From the NCBI GenBank assembly GCA_965223665.1, contig OZ245011.1:1376001-1440000 (forward strand): 64,000 nucleotides of DNA, written 5' to 3'. Both the position numbers and the translations under genes were made by a program. Numbering within the stretch: the first letter of the stretch is position 1; each line of letters begins with the position of its first letter. The notes under the pieces are model-generated. The model saw only the letters and a program-made list of their open reading frames with translations. It did no database searches and was not told where the DNA came from. Below are positions 18,624-28,387 of the stretch, in pieces. The stretch comes from Nitrospinaceae bacterium (GTDB lineage Bacteria > Nitrospinota > Nitrospinia > Nitrospinales > Nitrospinaceae).

Positions 18624-21600
18624 ATGAAAACCAAAGCGCCTCTAAAAACTAGCCACGCTAATACAACCACTACTAAAAAAAGATCTGCGACTTTATTTTT
18701 TGAGAAAACTTCATCTTCGAAAGTTCAACCTTTTTTCAACCCGAATATTCAACCAAAATTAAAAGTTGGTAAAGCCGGAGACAAGTTTGAGCAACAAGCC
18801 GATAACATGGCCGATGAAGTTGTAAGTGGGAAATCCGTCGAAAGCTCACCAATATTCAATCGTGTTACTCCCGTGACACAAAGAAAAGAAGATGATCAAC
18901 TCCAAAGCAAAACTTTGCAATCATCCTCCAAAAACGATGAGGAACTTCAACGAAGGGAGGATCAGCAAGAAAACGAGGAGGTACAAACAAAATTAAACTT
19001 GCAAAAAACCGAAACCAAAGATGACGATAATTCTACAGTTCAAAAAATGGTCCAGGCTAAAAATGAAGAAGAGATTCAGAAACAATCAGAGGAAGAAGAA
19101 GAGGCCGCTCAAACAAAAAAAGAAGAAGGTGCAGAATTAAACCTTCAAAAAATGGAGGAAGAAGAGGCCGCCCAGACTAAGAATGAAAATGGAAAGGAAA
19201 ATTCAGAGGAAGATTCAGACAGCACCATTCAAAAGCAAGAAAAGGAGGAAGACGGATTACAAAAAAAAGAAAATGAAGGTGAGGAAGAAGTCCAAACTCA
19301 AGGTGAGGACAACGAATCCTTGCAGGCAAAAAGAAGCGAAAATACCTCTAAAAATATTGATCCGTCTTCTCAATTAGAGCTTAAATCACAAAAAGGTAAA
19401 GGCAGTCCTCTAAATGATACCGTCCGCAAAAAAATGGAGCAAAGTTTTCATGCAGATTTTAGCGGTGTGAAAATTCATACAGATGACGCTGCAGTAGTTT
19501 TAACCAAACAACTCAATGCACAAGCCTTGACCCATGGAAAAGATATTTACTTTAATAAAAATAAGTTTAATCCAAACACGCGAAAAGGGGAGCACCTTTT
19601 AGTTCATGAATTAACCCACACCATTCAACAAGGGGCGGCCGGTCCAAACCCCCTACAATTACGTTCCGATCCAAGCCTCATTCAAACCAAGGAAGAAGAG
19701 GGTGAAACCTATCAAATTCGTCCTGAGTTATTAAAAGCATTAAGATTGGCTAGAGGAGAAATAGGTAAAGTTAATTCAAAACAAACGGGACCCGATAAAA
19801 CTCGTTTGGGTTGGGAGCGGCTATACGAATTTTTCAAAACTGCATTTGGTGGGGAAAAACCTCTCAGCAAATCCGTCCACAAAGACGTCATCAAATTTTT
19901 TAAAACTTACAAAGTAGAAGGAAAGGCAAAGGACGCGCTTCCCAGTTGGTGTGGAATTTTTGTCTGGTGGTCCTTAAAGGAAGCAGGCGTTCCGCTTCCC
20001 GATTGGAAATTGGGAGTGGGAGTCCACCAAAATTTTAAATCCAGATTACCTAATGAACTTCCTAAAAAAGGCGATATCGCCCAAAAAACTACCAACCAGC
20101 ACTTTGCTATTGTCTCCGGAGTTGAAAACCCTAAAGGAAAAAGCATTAAGAGTGTTCAGGTAGCTACCATTAATGGAAATACCGCCGGAGAAGATCTTTT
20201 GGGTGGTCAAATTCAGGAAAAATGGGAGCCAATCGGAAACTGGGTTGTATTTTACGATCCCGTTTCAAAGTTGAACCTTCCGGATGTCCCCCTTGTAGAA
20301 ACCGGCTTAGGTCCTGATCCTGAAATTCCAGAACCAGAACCTGAAAAAGAAATAAAAAAATCGGAAAAACCCGAACCCAAAGAAAAAAGCTTTGGTGAAA
20401 AAAGTTTGGAAGAACCTGTTGCTGAAGCCATTGACGAAGTTCCTTCTGCCGAGGAATCAGCAATTGAAGTAGAGCTTCCTGAACCTCCTGCTTCTACGGA
20501 AATAGAAAAAGGTGCTGAAGTTGAAGCGCTCGATTTTAAAGGATCTTCTGACGAGTCCGTTGTAGAATTCAGTGATTCTTCCCCTTCCTCAATGGCAAAA
20601 AGCTTTCCTGCATTGGGTGGGGCAGTTACCGAAAAATTAGGAAGTGAAAAAAAGGACGAAGTAGACAACGCCCCCGTATTAGTCGCTAAAACCAGTGGAA
20701 AACTGGATGAAGGAATTGTTTCTCCGGAAGACATTCCTATTCCCAATGCCAATATCAACGAAGGTCTTACCGAAAATAACACACCGGACTTGCAAGCTGA
20801 TTCCCATGAAAATTTTGCGAAGGCCCCAAGTAATCAAGAAAAAGAAAAACTACTGGACAAAAAAGAAAAAGAACCTGGTTTCATTGAGTGGCTCAAAAAT
20901 AATATAAGAAATTTTATGGCAGGAGTTAAAACCAGTGACAACGGTTTAAATACCAGTGCGGGTGAGCGCCCCAAAGTCAATTTAGATGGAGAGGCCAATC
21001 CTAATAGAGCCAATGTTCAACGGAAGGAAGCTGATGGTCAGTTGAAATCGCAAAGGGATACCCTGACCGAAAAATTCAAAAACCATCCGGGTCAAAAAAA
21101 TATTCAGCCAAAAGAAATAAATGAAGAAAAACCTGTGGAGTTAAATGGGGAAAACAATGAAATTGTAGAAACCACCGAAGATACCAATATGGCTGATTAT
21201 GCGGAAGCTCCTTTACCTGCAGATGTCAGAGGTAAGGCCGATGAGATTTTGGAAACTACCATTAAACCTCATTCTCAAGAAGTAAAAACCGAGGCCCAAA
21301 CTGCCGCAGAAGAAAAAGAAAACAATAAAAGAGTCGAAATTGAAAAAGCAGAATCTGAGGCGGCAAAAATTAATGAAAAAGCGGATAAAGATCAAAGAGA
21401 TGTCGTTCTAGACAATCGTAAAAAAGTAGCCAACGAACAAAAACAAGGAATCGAGCAGGCTTACAACCACGTCAACGAATTTAACAAAGGAGCACAAGAA
21501 AAACAAAAAACTACCAATCAAGATATTACGGGAAAGGTGAACACATCCCAATCTGAAGCTAAAGGCAAGTTAGAAAAAGCAGAAAAAGATGTTAAAGAAA

Positions 21601-24209
21601 GAAAAGAAGCAGACGAAAAAATAGCTGCCGAGAAAAAAAGACAATTAGAAAAAGAACAGGAAAATCAAAGTTGGTGGGACCGAGCAAAAAGTTTTGTAAA
21701 AAAAGCAGTGAAAGCCCTTACCTCAGCAATTGATGGGATTTTTAACGCGTTAAGGAAATTCGTAAAAGAAACTATCGAAAAAGCAAAAAATGCGGCCATT
21801 GGTTTAATCAACAAAGCCCGTGACTGGGTAGTGGATAAACTAAACAAGTTCCGGGACTGGGCCAAAGATCAAGTTAATAAATATCTTGGCGATACGTTTC
21901 CGGGATTAGCTAAAGCAATCAATGGTGCCATCGATGGATTTGTCGATGGAGCCATTGCCGGAGTGAATGCGGCTGCTGATGCTGCAATTGCCGGCATAGA
22001 AGCGCTGGCCAAAGGACTCACAGCTGCATTGGATAAAATTTTATCTGTTTTTCAAACTGCCTTAAAAGCAGCCGTAGCAATTGCAGGAGCTGTCATTACC
22101 GGTGATTTTCTGGAAGCTTTGAAAATTGCTATTCAAGCTGGCTGCGATATTGCCGGAATCAATTCCAAACCTATATTCGATTTCTTTGAAAAAGCTGGAA
22201 ATCAATTAATAAAGATACTCAAAGAACCTGGCGTCTTTTTTAATAACCTAATGAGCGCAGTCGGTGGCGGAGTTAGAAATTTTGCAAAAAATATCAAAAA
22301 ACATCTAATTAAGGGCCTTATCGGTTGGTTGACCGGAGCACTTTCTGAAGTCGCCATAACACTTCCCGACAAATTCGATTTTAGGGGAATCCTCTCTCTG
22401 GTTCTGCAAATTCTTGGCTTAACATATGAAAATATTAAAGCTCGTGTCATTAAACGGTTTCCCAAAGCAGAAAAAGTCTTTAGTGCCATAGAAAAAGGAA
22501 TTGAAATCATAAACCGAATAAGAACAGAAGGCATTGGTGCTATTTGGACTATGGTGAAAGAATCCCTTTCTAACTTAAAAGAAATGGTTCTCTCTGGAAT
22601 CCGCAATTTTGTAATCACGACCGTTGTCAAAGAAGCCATTACATGGATTCTGGGATTACTAAACCCTGCAGGCGCTCTGGTCAAAATTCTTAAATTGCTA
22701 TTTGACTTTGTAATGTTCTTGATTGAACGTTTTCAGCAGATCAAAGATTTTATTCTGTCTGTTTATAATTCTATTACTGCAATCGCTTCAGGGCAACTTA
22801 CAAAGGCCATGACCGCTGTTGAAGATGCAATGTCCCGAAGTCTCCCTGTAGTGATAAGCCTATTGGCCTCATTAGCGGGTCTTGGAGGTATTGGCAAAAC
22901 AATAAAAGATATTATTAAAAAAGTAACCAAACCCATAAATAAAGTGATCGATAAGATTATTGATAAAGTGGTTAAGTTTGCTAAAAAACTTCTTAAAAAA
23001 GGCAAAGCCGGAGCAAAAAAGTTAAAAGAAAAATTGTTAAATTGGTGGAAAGCGAAAAAATCTTTTAAAGGAAACGATGGCAAATCTCACAAAGTTTATT
23101 ACAAAGGGAAAGAAGCCAATGCAGACCTATATGTAGCTTCCAAACCATACACCATCCCTGTTTTCTTAAAAAACAAAGAAAAAGAGATTAACAAATTACC
23201 AGATGACGATAAAAACAAAAAAAAGCAATCCAGTGCTCTAGAAAAAGCCAAAACTATTCAAAAAGAAATCGAACAATTAGAAACGAATTTACAAAAATTT
23301 CAAAGCAAAAAACATAAACCAATTGACCCAGCCGCAAAAAAGGAATTTGACAAACTCAAGAAAAAACTTGCGGCGTTAACCACCCAACTCCAAATCCTTT
23401 TTCAAGAAGAGGATCCAAAGTTTCCTCCAGCGGTCTTACCTCCATTTAGCATGGGCGTCCGAGCTTCCGGTTTTCAAGCTGAATATATTTCTAAAAAAAC
23501 GGGAACGGGGTCACCAGCAGGGGGACAAAACATTCCTGGGTGGGATACTATAGATAAATATGGTCTTGGAAAAGGATCAAAGTGGGTCCGCATGCATATG
23601 TTGCCAGATCGATTAGGTGGCAAAGCCACTTCATCAAATTTGGTCCCAGCGCGAGGACCAGAAACAAACATCGAATTTGCCAACCAAGTCGAACTCGAAG
23701 CATGGAAATATAAAGAAGGAAAATTAAGTCAATTCAAACCTAAGAAACCTTCACAAGGTAATCTTATTTGGTATAAAGTGAATTTAAGATTTGGACACAC
23801 ACAAAAAGAGTTTGTGAATTTTCCTAGCCGAATTGCTGCGGAATTTGGAACCTACGAATGGACTAGTAATAAATGGCAACCGAAAGCAGCTCCGGCTGGA
23901 ATAAAAAATAACGGCAAATGGTCCCAAAATCCCAAACCGCCGGACATCAGTGGCGGCCCAGAAACTAAAGAATATTACTTAGACACAGACGGTCGCGATC
24001 GGCTGAAACAAATTCCAGAAGCCCTCGGCTACGGCGAAACCATTTGGAAAGAGCGTTCCGAACGCGGCCTGTTTAAAAGAAAAGACAGTTTTAAAAAGCG
24101 AATGCGAGAACGAAACGAGGACTTGCCAACGCAGAATCAAATTAAAAATTTAAAACAAAGATTGGATGCCATCGCAGCTAATCCAAATGTTAAAATGAAA
24201 AAGAAATAA
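18624..24209 (+). CDS. DUF4157 (eCIS core) multidomain cargo/toxin with CHAP-like domain, coiled-coil/helical region, C-terminal non-specific endonuclease-like domain and HhH-like tail
   Basis: IQPKLKVG...DKFEQQAD, G.PL...R..ME..F..DFS.V.IHTD...NAQALT.G.DIYF...LLVHELTHTIQQ (DUF4157); SWCGIFVWW...PKKGDI...HFAIV...TINGN (CHAP-like); RMHMLPDRLGG....NLVP....N (nuclease-like). ATG 18624 preferred over TTG 18582. Confidence 0.85.
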   Translation: MKTKAPLKTSHANTTTTKKRSATLFFEKTSSSKVQPFFNPNIQPKLKVGKAGDKFEQQADNMADEVVSGKSVESSPIFNRVTPVTQRKEDDQLQSKTLQSSSKNDEELQRREDQQENEEVQTKLNLQKTETKDDDNSTVQKMVQAKNEEEIQKQSEEEEEAAQTKKEEGAELNLQKMEEEEAAQTKNENGKENSEEDSDSTIQKQEKEEDGLQKKENEGEEEVQTQGEDNESLQAKRSENTSKNIDPSSQLELKSQKGKGSPLNDTVRKKMEQSFHADFSGVKIHTDDAAVVLTKQLNAQALTHGKDIYFNKNKFNPNTRKGEHLLVHELTHTIQQGAAGPNPLQLRSDPSLIQTKEEEGETYQIRPELLKALRLARGEIGKVNSKQTGPDKTRLGWERLYEFFKTAFGGEKPLSKSVHKDVIKFFKTYKVEGKAKDALPSWCGIFVWWSLKEAGVPLPDWKLGVGVHQNFKSRLPNELPKKGDIAQKTTNQHFAIVSGVENPKGKSIKSVQVATINGNTAGEDLLGGQIQEKWEPIGNWVVFYDPVSKLNLPDVPLVETGLGPDPEIPEPEPEKEIKKSEKPEPKEKSFGEKSLEEPVAEAIDEVPSAEESAIEVELPEPPASTEIEKGAEVEALDFKGSSDESVVEFSDSSPSSMAKSFPALGGAVTEKLGSEKKDEVDNAPVLVAKTSGKLDEGIVSPEDIPIPNANINEGLTENNTPDLQADSHENFAKAPSNQEKEKLLDKKEKEPGFIEWLKNNIRNFMAGVKTSDNGLNTSAGERPKVNLDGEANPNRANVQRKEADGQLKSQRDTLTEKFKNHPGQKNIQPKEINEEKPVELNGENNEIVETTEDTNMADYAEAPLPADVRGKADEILETTIKPHSQEVKTEAQTAAEEKENNKRVEIEKAESEAAKINEKADKDQRDVVLDNRKKVANEQKQGIEQAYNHVNEFNKGAQEKQKTTNQDITGKVNTSQSEAKGKLEKAEKDVKERKEADEKIAAEKKRQLEKEQENQSWWDRAKSFVKKAVKALTSAIDGIFNALRKFVKETIEKAKNAAIGLINKARDWVVDKLNKFRDWAKDQVNKYLGDTFPGLAKAINGAIDGFVDGAIAGVNAAADAAIAGIEALAKGLTAALDKILSVFQTALKAAVAIAGAVITGDFLEALKIAIQAGCDIAGINSKPIFDFFEKAGNQLIKILKEPGVFFNNLMSAVGGGVRNFAKNIKKHLIKGLIGWLTGALSEVAITLPDKFDFRGILSLVLQILGLTYENIKARVIKRFPKAEKVFSAIEKGIEIINRIRTEGIGAIWTMVKESLSNLKEMVLSGIRNFVITTVVKEAITWILGLLNPAGALVKILKLLFDFVMFLIERFQQIKDFILSVYNSITAIASGQLTKAMTAVEDAMSRSLPVVISLLASLAGLGGIGKTIKDIIKKVTKPINKVIDKIIDKVVKFAKKLLKKGKAGAKKLKEKLLNWWKAKKSFKGNDGKSHKVYYKGKEANADLYVASKPYTIPVFLKNKEKEINKLPDDDKNKKKQSSALEKAKTIQKEIEQLETNLQKFQSKKHKPIDPAAKKEFDKLKKKLAALTTQLQILFQEEDPKFPPAVLPPFSMGVRASGFQAEYISKKTGTGSPAGGQNIPGWDTIDKYGLGKGSKWVRMHMLPDRLGGKATSSNLVPARGPETNIEFANQVELEAWKYKEGKLSQFKPKKPSQGNLIWYKVNLRFGHTQKEFVNFPSRIAAEFGTYEWTSNKWQPKAAPAGIKNNGKWSQNPKPPDISGGPETKEYYLDTDGRDRLKQIPEALGYGETIWKERSERGLFKRKDSFKKRMRERNEDLPTQNQIKNLKQRLDAIAANPNVKMKKK

Positions 24210-24292
24210 AGTTATGCCAATTTCTTTGAATTTAAATTTTTAAATCGCGAAAGTCATTTAAAAGCATTTTAACTTTTTTTCTCAAAAGTACT

Positions 24293-25708
24293 ATGCAAAA
24301 CTTCGAAGACAACTCAAATTCTACTTCAAAAGCAAAAGGAACTAATGCTGAGAACTTAAAACATGCCTTAGATTTTCTTAAAACCATTATCACGATTCGC
24401 TGTGACGTTTTTTTTAACAGAGTAGCTCAAAATGAATATCCAGATCCCCCATCATTAGAATATTTTGGAGACAACTCTGCTTATTGTAATTTCATTGAAA
24501 AATTTCAACCCACTTTTGATGAATATATCGTTTTCCTTCTAGCATTGGCTCCCCATGTGCAACCTGGGTTTTTAGATTCGGTCATTAAAAAAGGACTGAA
24601 AAATTCAACCGACTTCCCGGAAATCGGAGGGACTCGCGATAACGAAAATCGAATCTTCCTCCCGACTGGAGAAACTGCTTTGTTTATAATTGCCGGAAGT
24701 AATTTTGACATGCGATTTGAAGTTCAAAAAATATTTTCAGGGGATCATTGGTTTGCTCAAAACAATATTTTGAAACTGGAATCCGCAAAGGTGGGTGAAC
24801 CTTTTTACAGTGGGAGGCTCATACTTAATCCTGATCATGTCGAATTGTTTACTATCGGACATATTTCCAGTCCAAATTTTAGTACAACTTTCCCTGCTCA
24901 AGAAATTTCGACAGAATTAGAATGGAAAGATCTTGTGCTTAACCCGGAAGTTCGAGAACAAATTGAAGAAATAAAAAACTGGATTAAATTTCATCCTACC
25001 TTACTAAATCAATGGGGGCTCAAGCGAAAAATCAAACCCGGATATCGTGCTCTGTTCTACGGATCCCCTGGAACGGGCAAGACTTTAACTGCTACTTTGC
25101 TGGGGAAATATACAAATCGAAGAGTTTTCCGAGTTGATCTTTCAACAATAGTTTCCAAATACATTGGCGAAACAGAGAAAAACCTAGCCAATCTTTTCGA
25201 CAAAGCTAAAAGCCGCGACTGGATATTATTTTTTGACGAAGCAGATGCTTTGTTTGGTAAAAGAACCAGTATTAAAGATTCACATGATCGATTTGCCAAC
25301 CAGGAGGTATCTTATCTTTTACAAAAGGTTGAAGAGTTTGATGGATTAGTCATTTTGGCTTCCAATTTCAAATCGAATATGGATGAAGCTTTTCTCCGTC
25401 GTTTTAATTCTATCATTCAATTTCCACTTCCAAGTGAAGAAGAGAGAGCGGAACTTTGGCGGAATTGTTTTCCAAAAGAAGTCAAATTTAAGGACAACAT
25501 AGATTTGCCTAAATTATTAGCAAAATTTGAATTAACTGGCGGGAATATAATAAATGTAGTTCAATACGCATGTTTAAAATCCATCACACGAGGTAAAGAA
25601 AAAAAAGTCCAATTGAACGACGCGTTGCAAGGAATAAAAAAAGAAGTAGAGAAAGAGGGTAAAATATTCAAAAACCTAATTCAAGAAGAATGGATCACCA
25701 AAAACTAA
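24293..25708 (+). CDS. eCIS AAA+ ATPase (Afp15-like)
   Basis: Walker A GSPGTGKT, VDLSTIVSKYIGETEKNL, Walker B LFFDEADALFGKR, DRFANQEVSYLLQ, MDEAFLRR. Confidence 0.93.
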   Translation: MQNFEDNSNSTSKAKGTNAENLKHALDFLKTIITIRCDVFFNRVAQNEYPDPPSLEYFGDNSAYCNFIEKFQPTFDEYIVFLLALAPHVQPGFLDSVIKKGLKNSTDFPEIGGTRDNENRIFLPTGETALFIIAGSNFDMRFEVQKIFSGDHWFAQNNILKLESAKVGEPFYSGRLILNPDHVELFTIGHISSPNFSTTFPAQEISTELEWKDLVLNPEVREQIEEIKNWIKFHPTLLNQWGLKRKIKPGYRALFYGSPGTGKTLTATLLGKYTNRRVFRVDLSTIVSKYIGETEKNLANLFDKAKSRDWILFFDEADALFGKRTSIKDSHDRFANQEVSYLLQKVEEFDGLVILASNFKSNMDEAFLRRFNSIIQFPLPSEEERAELWRNCFPKEVKFKDNIDLPKLLAKFELTGGNIINVVQYACLKSITRGKEKKVQLNDALQGIKKEVEKEGKIFKNLIQEEWITKN

Positions 25709-25884
25709 AGCTTTTTTCAATCATTATATATTATCCCCTTCCCCTCAATCCCCAGTACCCCAAATGCCTACCTAACCATACATTCTGAGTAAAACTACTA
25801 TCAAACTAGTTGAACCAAGACAATCTAGGTACCTGTAGACAAACAACAATTTCAACAAAAATAAGTTTAAAAACAAAGGAGGGA

Positions 25885-25928
25885 TGGCGTCCCCAGCGGG
25901 ATTCGAACCCGCGTCGCCGGCGTGAAAG
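25885..25928 (-). tRNA. tRNA-Glu(TTC) 3'-half fragment (anticodon loop to CCA); att-like scar, not an intact tRNA
   Basis: Minus strand reads CTTTCAC-GCCGG-CGAC-GCGGG-TTCGAAT-CCCGC-TGGGGAC-GCCA. Upstream of the loop the sequence (TTGCC) is not the CCGGC needed for the anticodon stem, and there is no D arm or 5' acceptor strand. Confidence 0.88.
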
Positions 25929-26953
25929 GGCAAGGATCTTTCGCCTCGCGAGAACGCTCCATCCGGGTAAGCTTTGTGGTTTGAATTGGATATCCGGCTC
26001 CCGCCTTTTTGAGAATGCTCGCCAACCGTTGCCTTCTTGTTGCCCTCGGCCTCCTCCTTTTAGCTATCGATTTAATGAAAATATAAAGGGTGAATTCTAC
26101 GGATTCATTAAAATTATCACTAATTTTTGTGGTGCTGAAATGCTTCGAACGTTTTCCCAGAGATCCTTTGCTCTCTCAATTTAATTTTGTGAATTGTTTT
26201 TCTGGTATCCATCTCCATCGGCAAACTATCGAATAGAATACTGGTGGATTTAAGTAATTATCTCCATAGGGATTCAATTCAATTTTGAGAGAGAAAACCT
26301 TTTCATTGTTCGAAATAATTCAAAATTGTTTTCTGCCAATTTTCGTTGGGATCCCTCACTTTTATTCATTGGTTAAAAAGAAATTCGGGTGGATTGGATT
26401 CTGCTCCATGGGATGATCTGTTTCTAAAATCTTTCTGTATCTCTATTTAACTTTTACTTTTCTTTCGAATGGGAATCTGGTGAGTGAAGATTTAAAAGCG
26501 TCGATTTAATTGTTTTATTTTTAAAGTTTTTTTCGTCGTTGCGCACCACCACAGCCTCATCTGGTCAACCTCCGGTTGGGTTCCCTATTTTTATTTATAA
26601 GATGACATGAGATTAGGATTGATTGTGGAATCATCAATAATTTTTTGGGCATCGTTTTTGGATTCAGTTCCTGATGCATAGGAATAAAACACCTCAGCTC
26701 TTTTTTGGAAAGTGAGCTTTATGAATACACAAAATTATAAATCACTGAAGGTAAATCACCCCAGCCCTTTTTAGAAAAGAGGGAGCACATCGAACTCTTT
26801 TTATTATTTTCTGCGTTTTGTTCAAAGCTCTTTTTATGTAATGGTCGTTTTTTAAAAGGATGTTGTTTAAGATTTTTGGTTCGATTCTGGATTCGGCGTT
26901 CGAGGTTTATGTCGTTTCCTTTGACATGTTTCTTTTGATGAAAGGATGGGTTT

Positions 26954-28060
26954 ATGCCTAACCGTTTAATTAAGGAGTCGATTTGGACAAGTGAATCGCT
27001 TGGTCAGTGTTCCATTGGCGCCAACAATTTGTTTAAGAGTCTCCTTCCCAACACGGACGATTATGGTTGCTTCGACGCGCGGGCGGCGGTGCTCCGCGGT
27101 AAATTGTTCCCGCTAATGCTCCACCGGGTCAGCGAAAAAAATATCATCGGCTGGCTTGATGAACTGGTCCGCGTAGACTGCATTCGTCTTTGGACGGCTC
27201 CCAATGGAATTATGTATGGTTGGATGCCAGGGTTCAATTCACATAATGATATTAAGAACCAACACTCGCCGAAAACGCCCTGCCCTCCCTGGCTGCAGGA
27301 TGAAAAGGGAAACGATTCGCGACTTCCGACCAAAACCAAAGAAGCGTTCCAAAAATTAAGTCAGGCTTTAAAGTTATACCGACACCAGTCTCACGCCGAA
27401 AATCATGGCGGCAAAACTCCGACCTACCGAGAACTTCAGGCAATGACGGGCTGCAGCATGTCCACCATTTCCAAATTCTTTAAAGAGAGGGATTTAACGT
27501 CGCCGCTCCAGTTGGCTACAGATGCTCCGGTTGCTACGGACAGGAATCATAATCATAATCCTAATCTTAATCCTGAGAGTCTTTCTTCTTGTCGCGCTTC
27601 CAAAAAACCGAAGGCGCGACGGGATAAGTTTTCTGAGTGGGATTTGGAGTTTGCGAAGCGAATGCAACAGGACCTGCTGCAACTGAACCCAGGAGCCAAG
27701 TTAGCGGCCCCCGAAACCTGGGCGAACGAGCTGCGCCTGATGGGGGAGGCAGATGGTCGCTCCCAAGAATCAATAAAAGCAGTGTGGCGGTTTGCGAATT
27801 CAAATCCGTTTTGGCAATCGAATATCCTTTCGGCCCGCAAACTTCGCGAAAAGTTTGACCAGCTGACGCTGAAGATGAAGAGTCCCCCGGGAGCCAAAAC
27901 ATCGGAGGAAAAAATGATGAGCTCGTTTGAGCGTAAGCGCAACACGATTTTGAATCTCAAAGATCCTACGATTATTAAATCTAAGGAGGTGACACGTGAC
28001 CCCAACGAAGAAACTATTGACGTGGCGGGTGTTTCAGGAAGGACTGGCCTGGCTGGTTAG
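26954..28060 (+). CDS. Phage-type replication initiator (replisome-organiser N-terminus, internal HTH, lambda-O-like C-terminus)
   Basis: MPNRLIKESI..S..L.....A..LF..L....DDYG.FDAR; PTYRELQAMTGCSMSTISKF (HTH); WANELRLM...DGRS...FWQSNILSARKLREKFDQL. Confidence 0.8.
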   Translation: MPNRLIKESIWTSESLGQCSIGANNLFKSLLPNTDDYGCFDARAAVLRGKLFPLMLHRVSEKNIIGWLDELVRVDCIRLWTAPNGIMYGWMPGFNSHNDIKNQHSPKTPCPPWLQDEKGNDSRLPTKTKEAFQKLSQALKLYRHQSHAENHGGKTPTYRELQAMTGCSMSTISKFFKERDLTSPLQLATDAPVATDRNHNHNPNLNPESLSSCRASKKPKARRDKFSEWDLEFAKRMQQDLLQLNPGAKLAAPETWANELRLMGEADGRSQESIKAVWRFANSNPFWQSNILSARKLREKFDQLTLKMKSPPGAKTSEEKMMSSFERKRNTILNLKDPTIIKSKEVTRDPNEETIDVAGVSGRTGLAG

Positions 28061-28385
28061 TTGTAACGGACCAAACCTGGACCAGAAAACAGCGGAGGTT
28101 TGGTTCGAGATGCTTCAGCATATTACGGACGCTGATTTTGTGTGGGCGGTGAAGGATCTGATCGGAAACGAGGAAAAGTTGCCAACCGTGAACTTTGTGT
28201 ATCAAATCAAAAAACGGGCACGGTACAGTGCGGACCTTCGACTGCGATGCAGACGGATTAATGATCTGCGGCGCCAGTTGATGGAGGTGCGGCCTTCTCC
28301 TGAGGAGGCGAAGAAAAATATTGAAGCGATCAAAAGGCGGTTGGTGATTAAATCGGTTCCGCCTGACAATGGAGGCGAGGCGTAA
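27996..28385 (+). CDS. Putative phage helicase-loader/inhibitor-like protein
   Basis: Overlaps the initiator 3' end, GGAGG RBS before GTG; F..G...L......LD....VWF.ML.......F..AV.......LP pattern is typical of genes in this position. Confidence 0.5.
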   Translation: MTPTKKLLTWRVFQEGLAWLVSCNGPNLDQKTAEVWFEMLQHITDADFVWAVKDLIGNEEKLPTVNFVYQIKKRARYSADLRLRCRRINDLRRQLMEVRPSPEEAKKNIEAIKRRLVIKSVPPDNGGEA

Positions 28386-28387
28386 CG

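Larger units (their letters stand above)
1..25708 (+). other. Extracellular contractile injection system (eCIS) gene cluster
   Basis: Co-oriented, closely spaced full set of tail, baseplate, spike, tape-measure and ATPase genes. No capsid, terminase or T6SS membrane-complex genes. Confidence 0.93.

Noticed and set aside
1-25708. Prophage tail region or classical T6SS
   Set aside because: No capsid, portal, terminase or lysis genes and no TssJ/L/M, TssK or ClpV; DUF4255, DUF4157, CIS tape measure and Afp15-type ATPase indicate eCIS.
25885-25960. Intact tRNA-Glu gene
   Set aside because: No 5' acceptor strand, D arm or matching 5' anticodon stem can be found.
25810-26184. 124-aa ORF
   Set aside because: It runs antisense through the tRNA fragment (WRPQRDSNPRRRRER is translated tRNA), a known spurious pattern.
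25930-26950. Possible integrase or other gene next to the att-like site
   Set aside because: No long ORF or recognisable recombinase motif on either strand; it may be decayed sequence but I cannot support a call.
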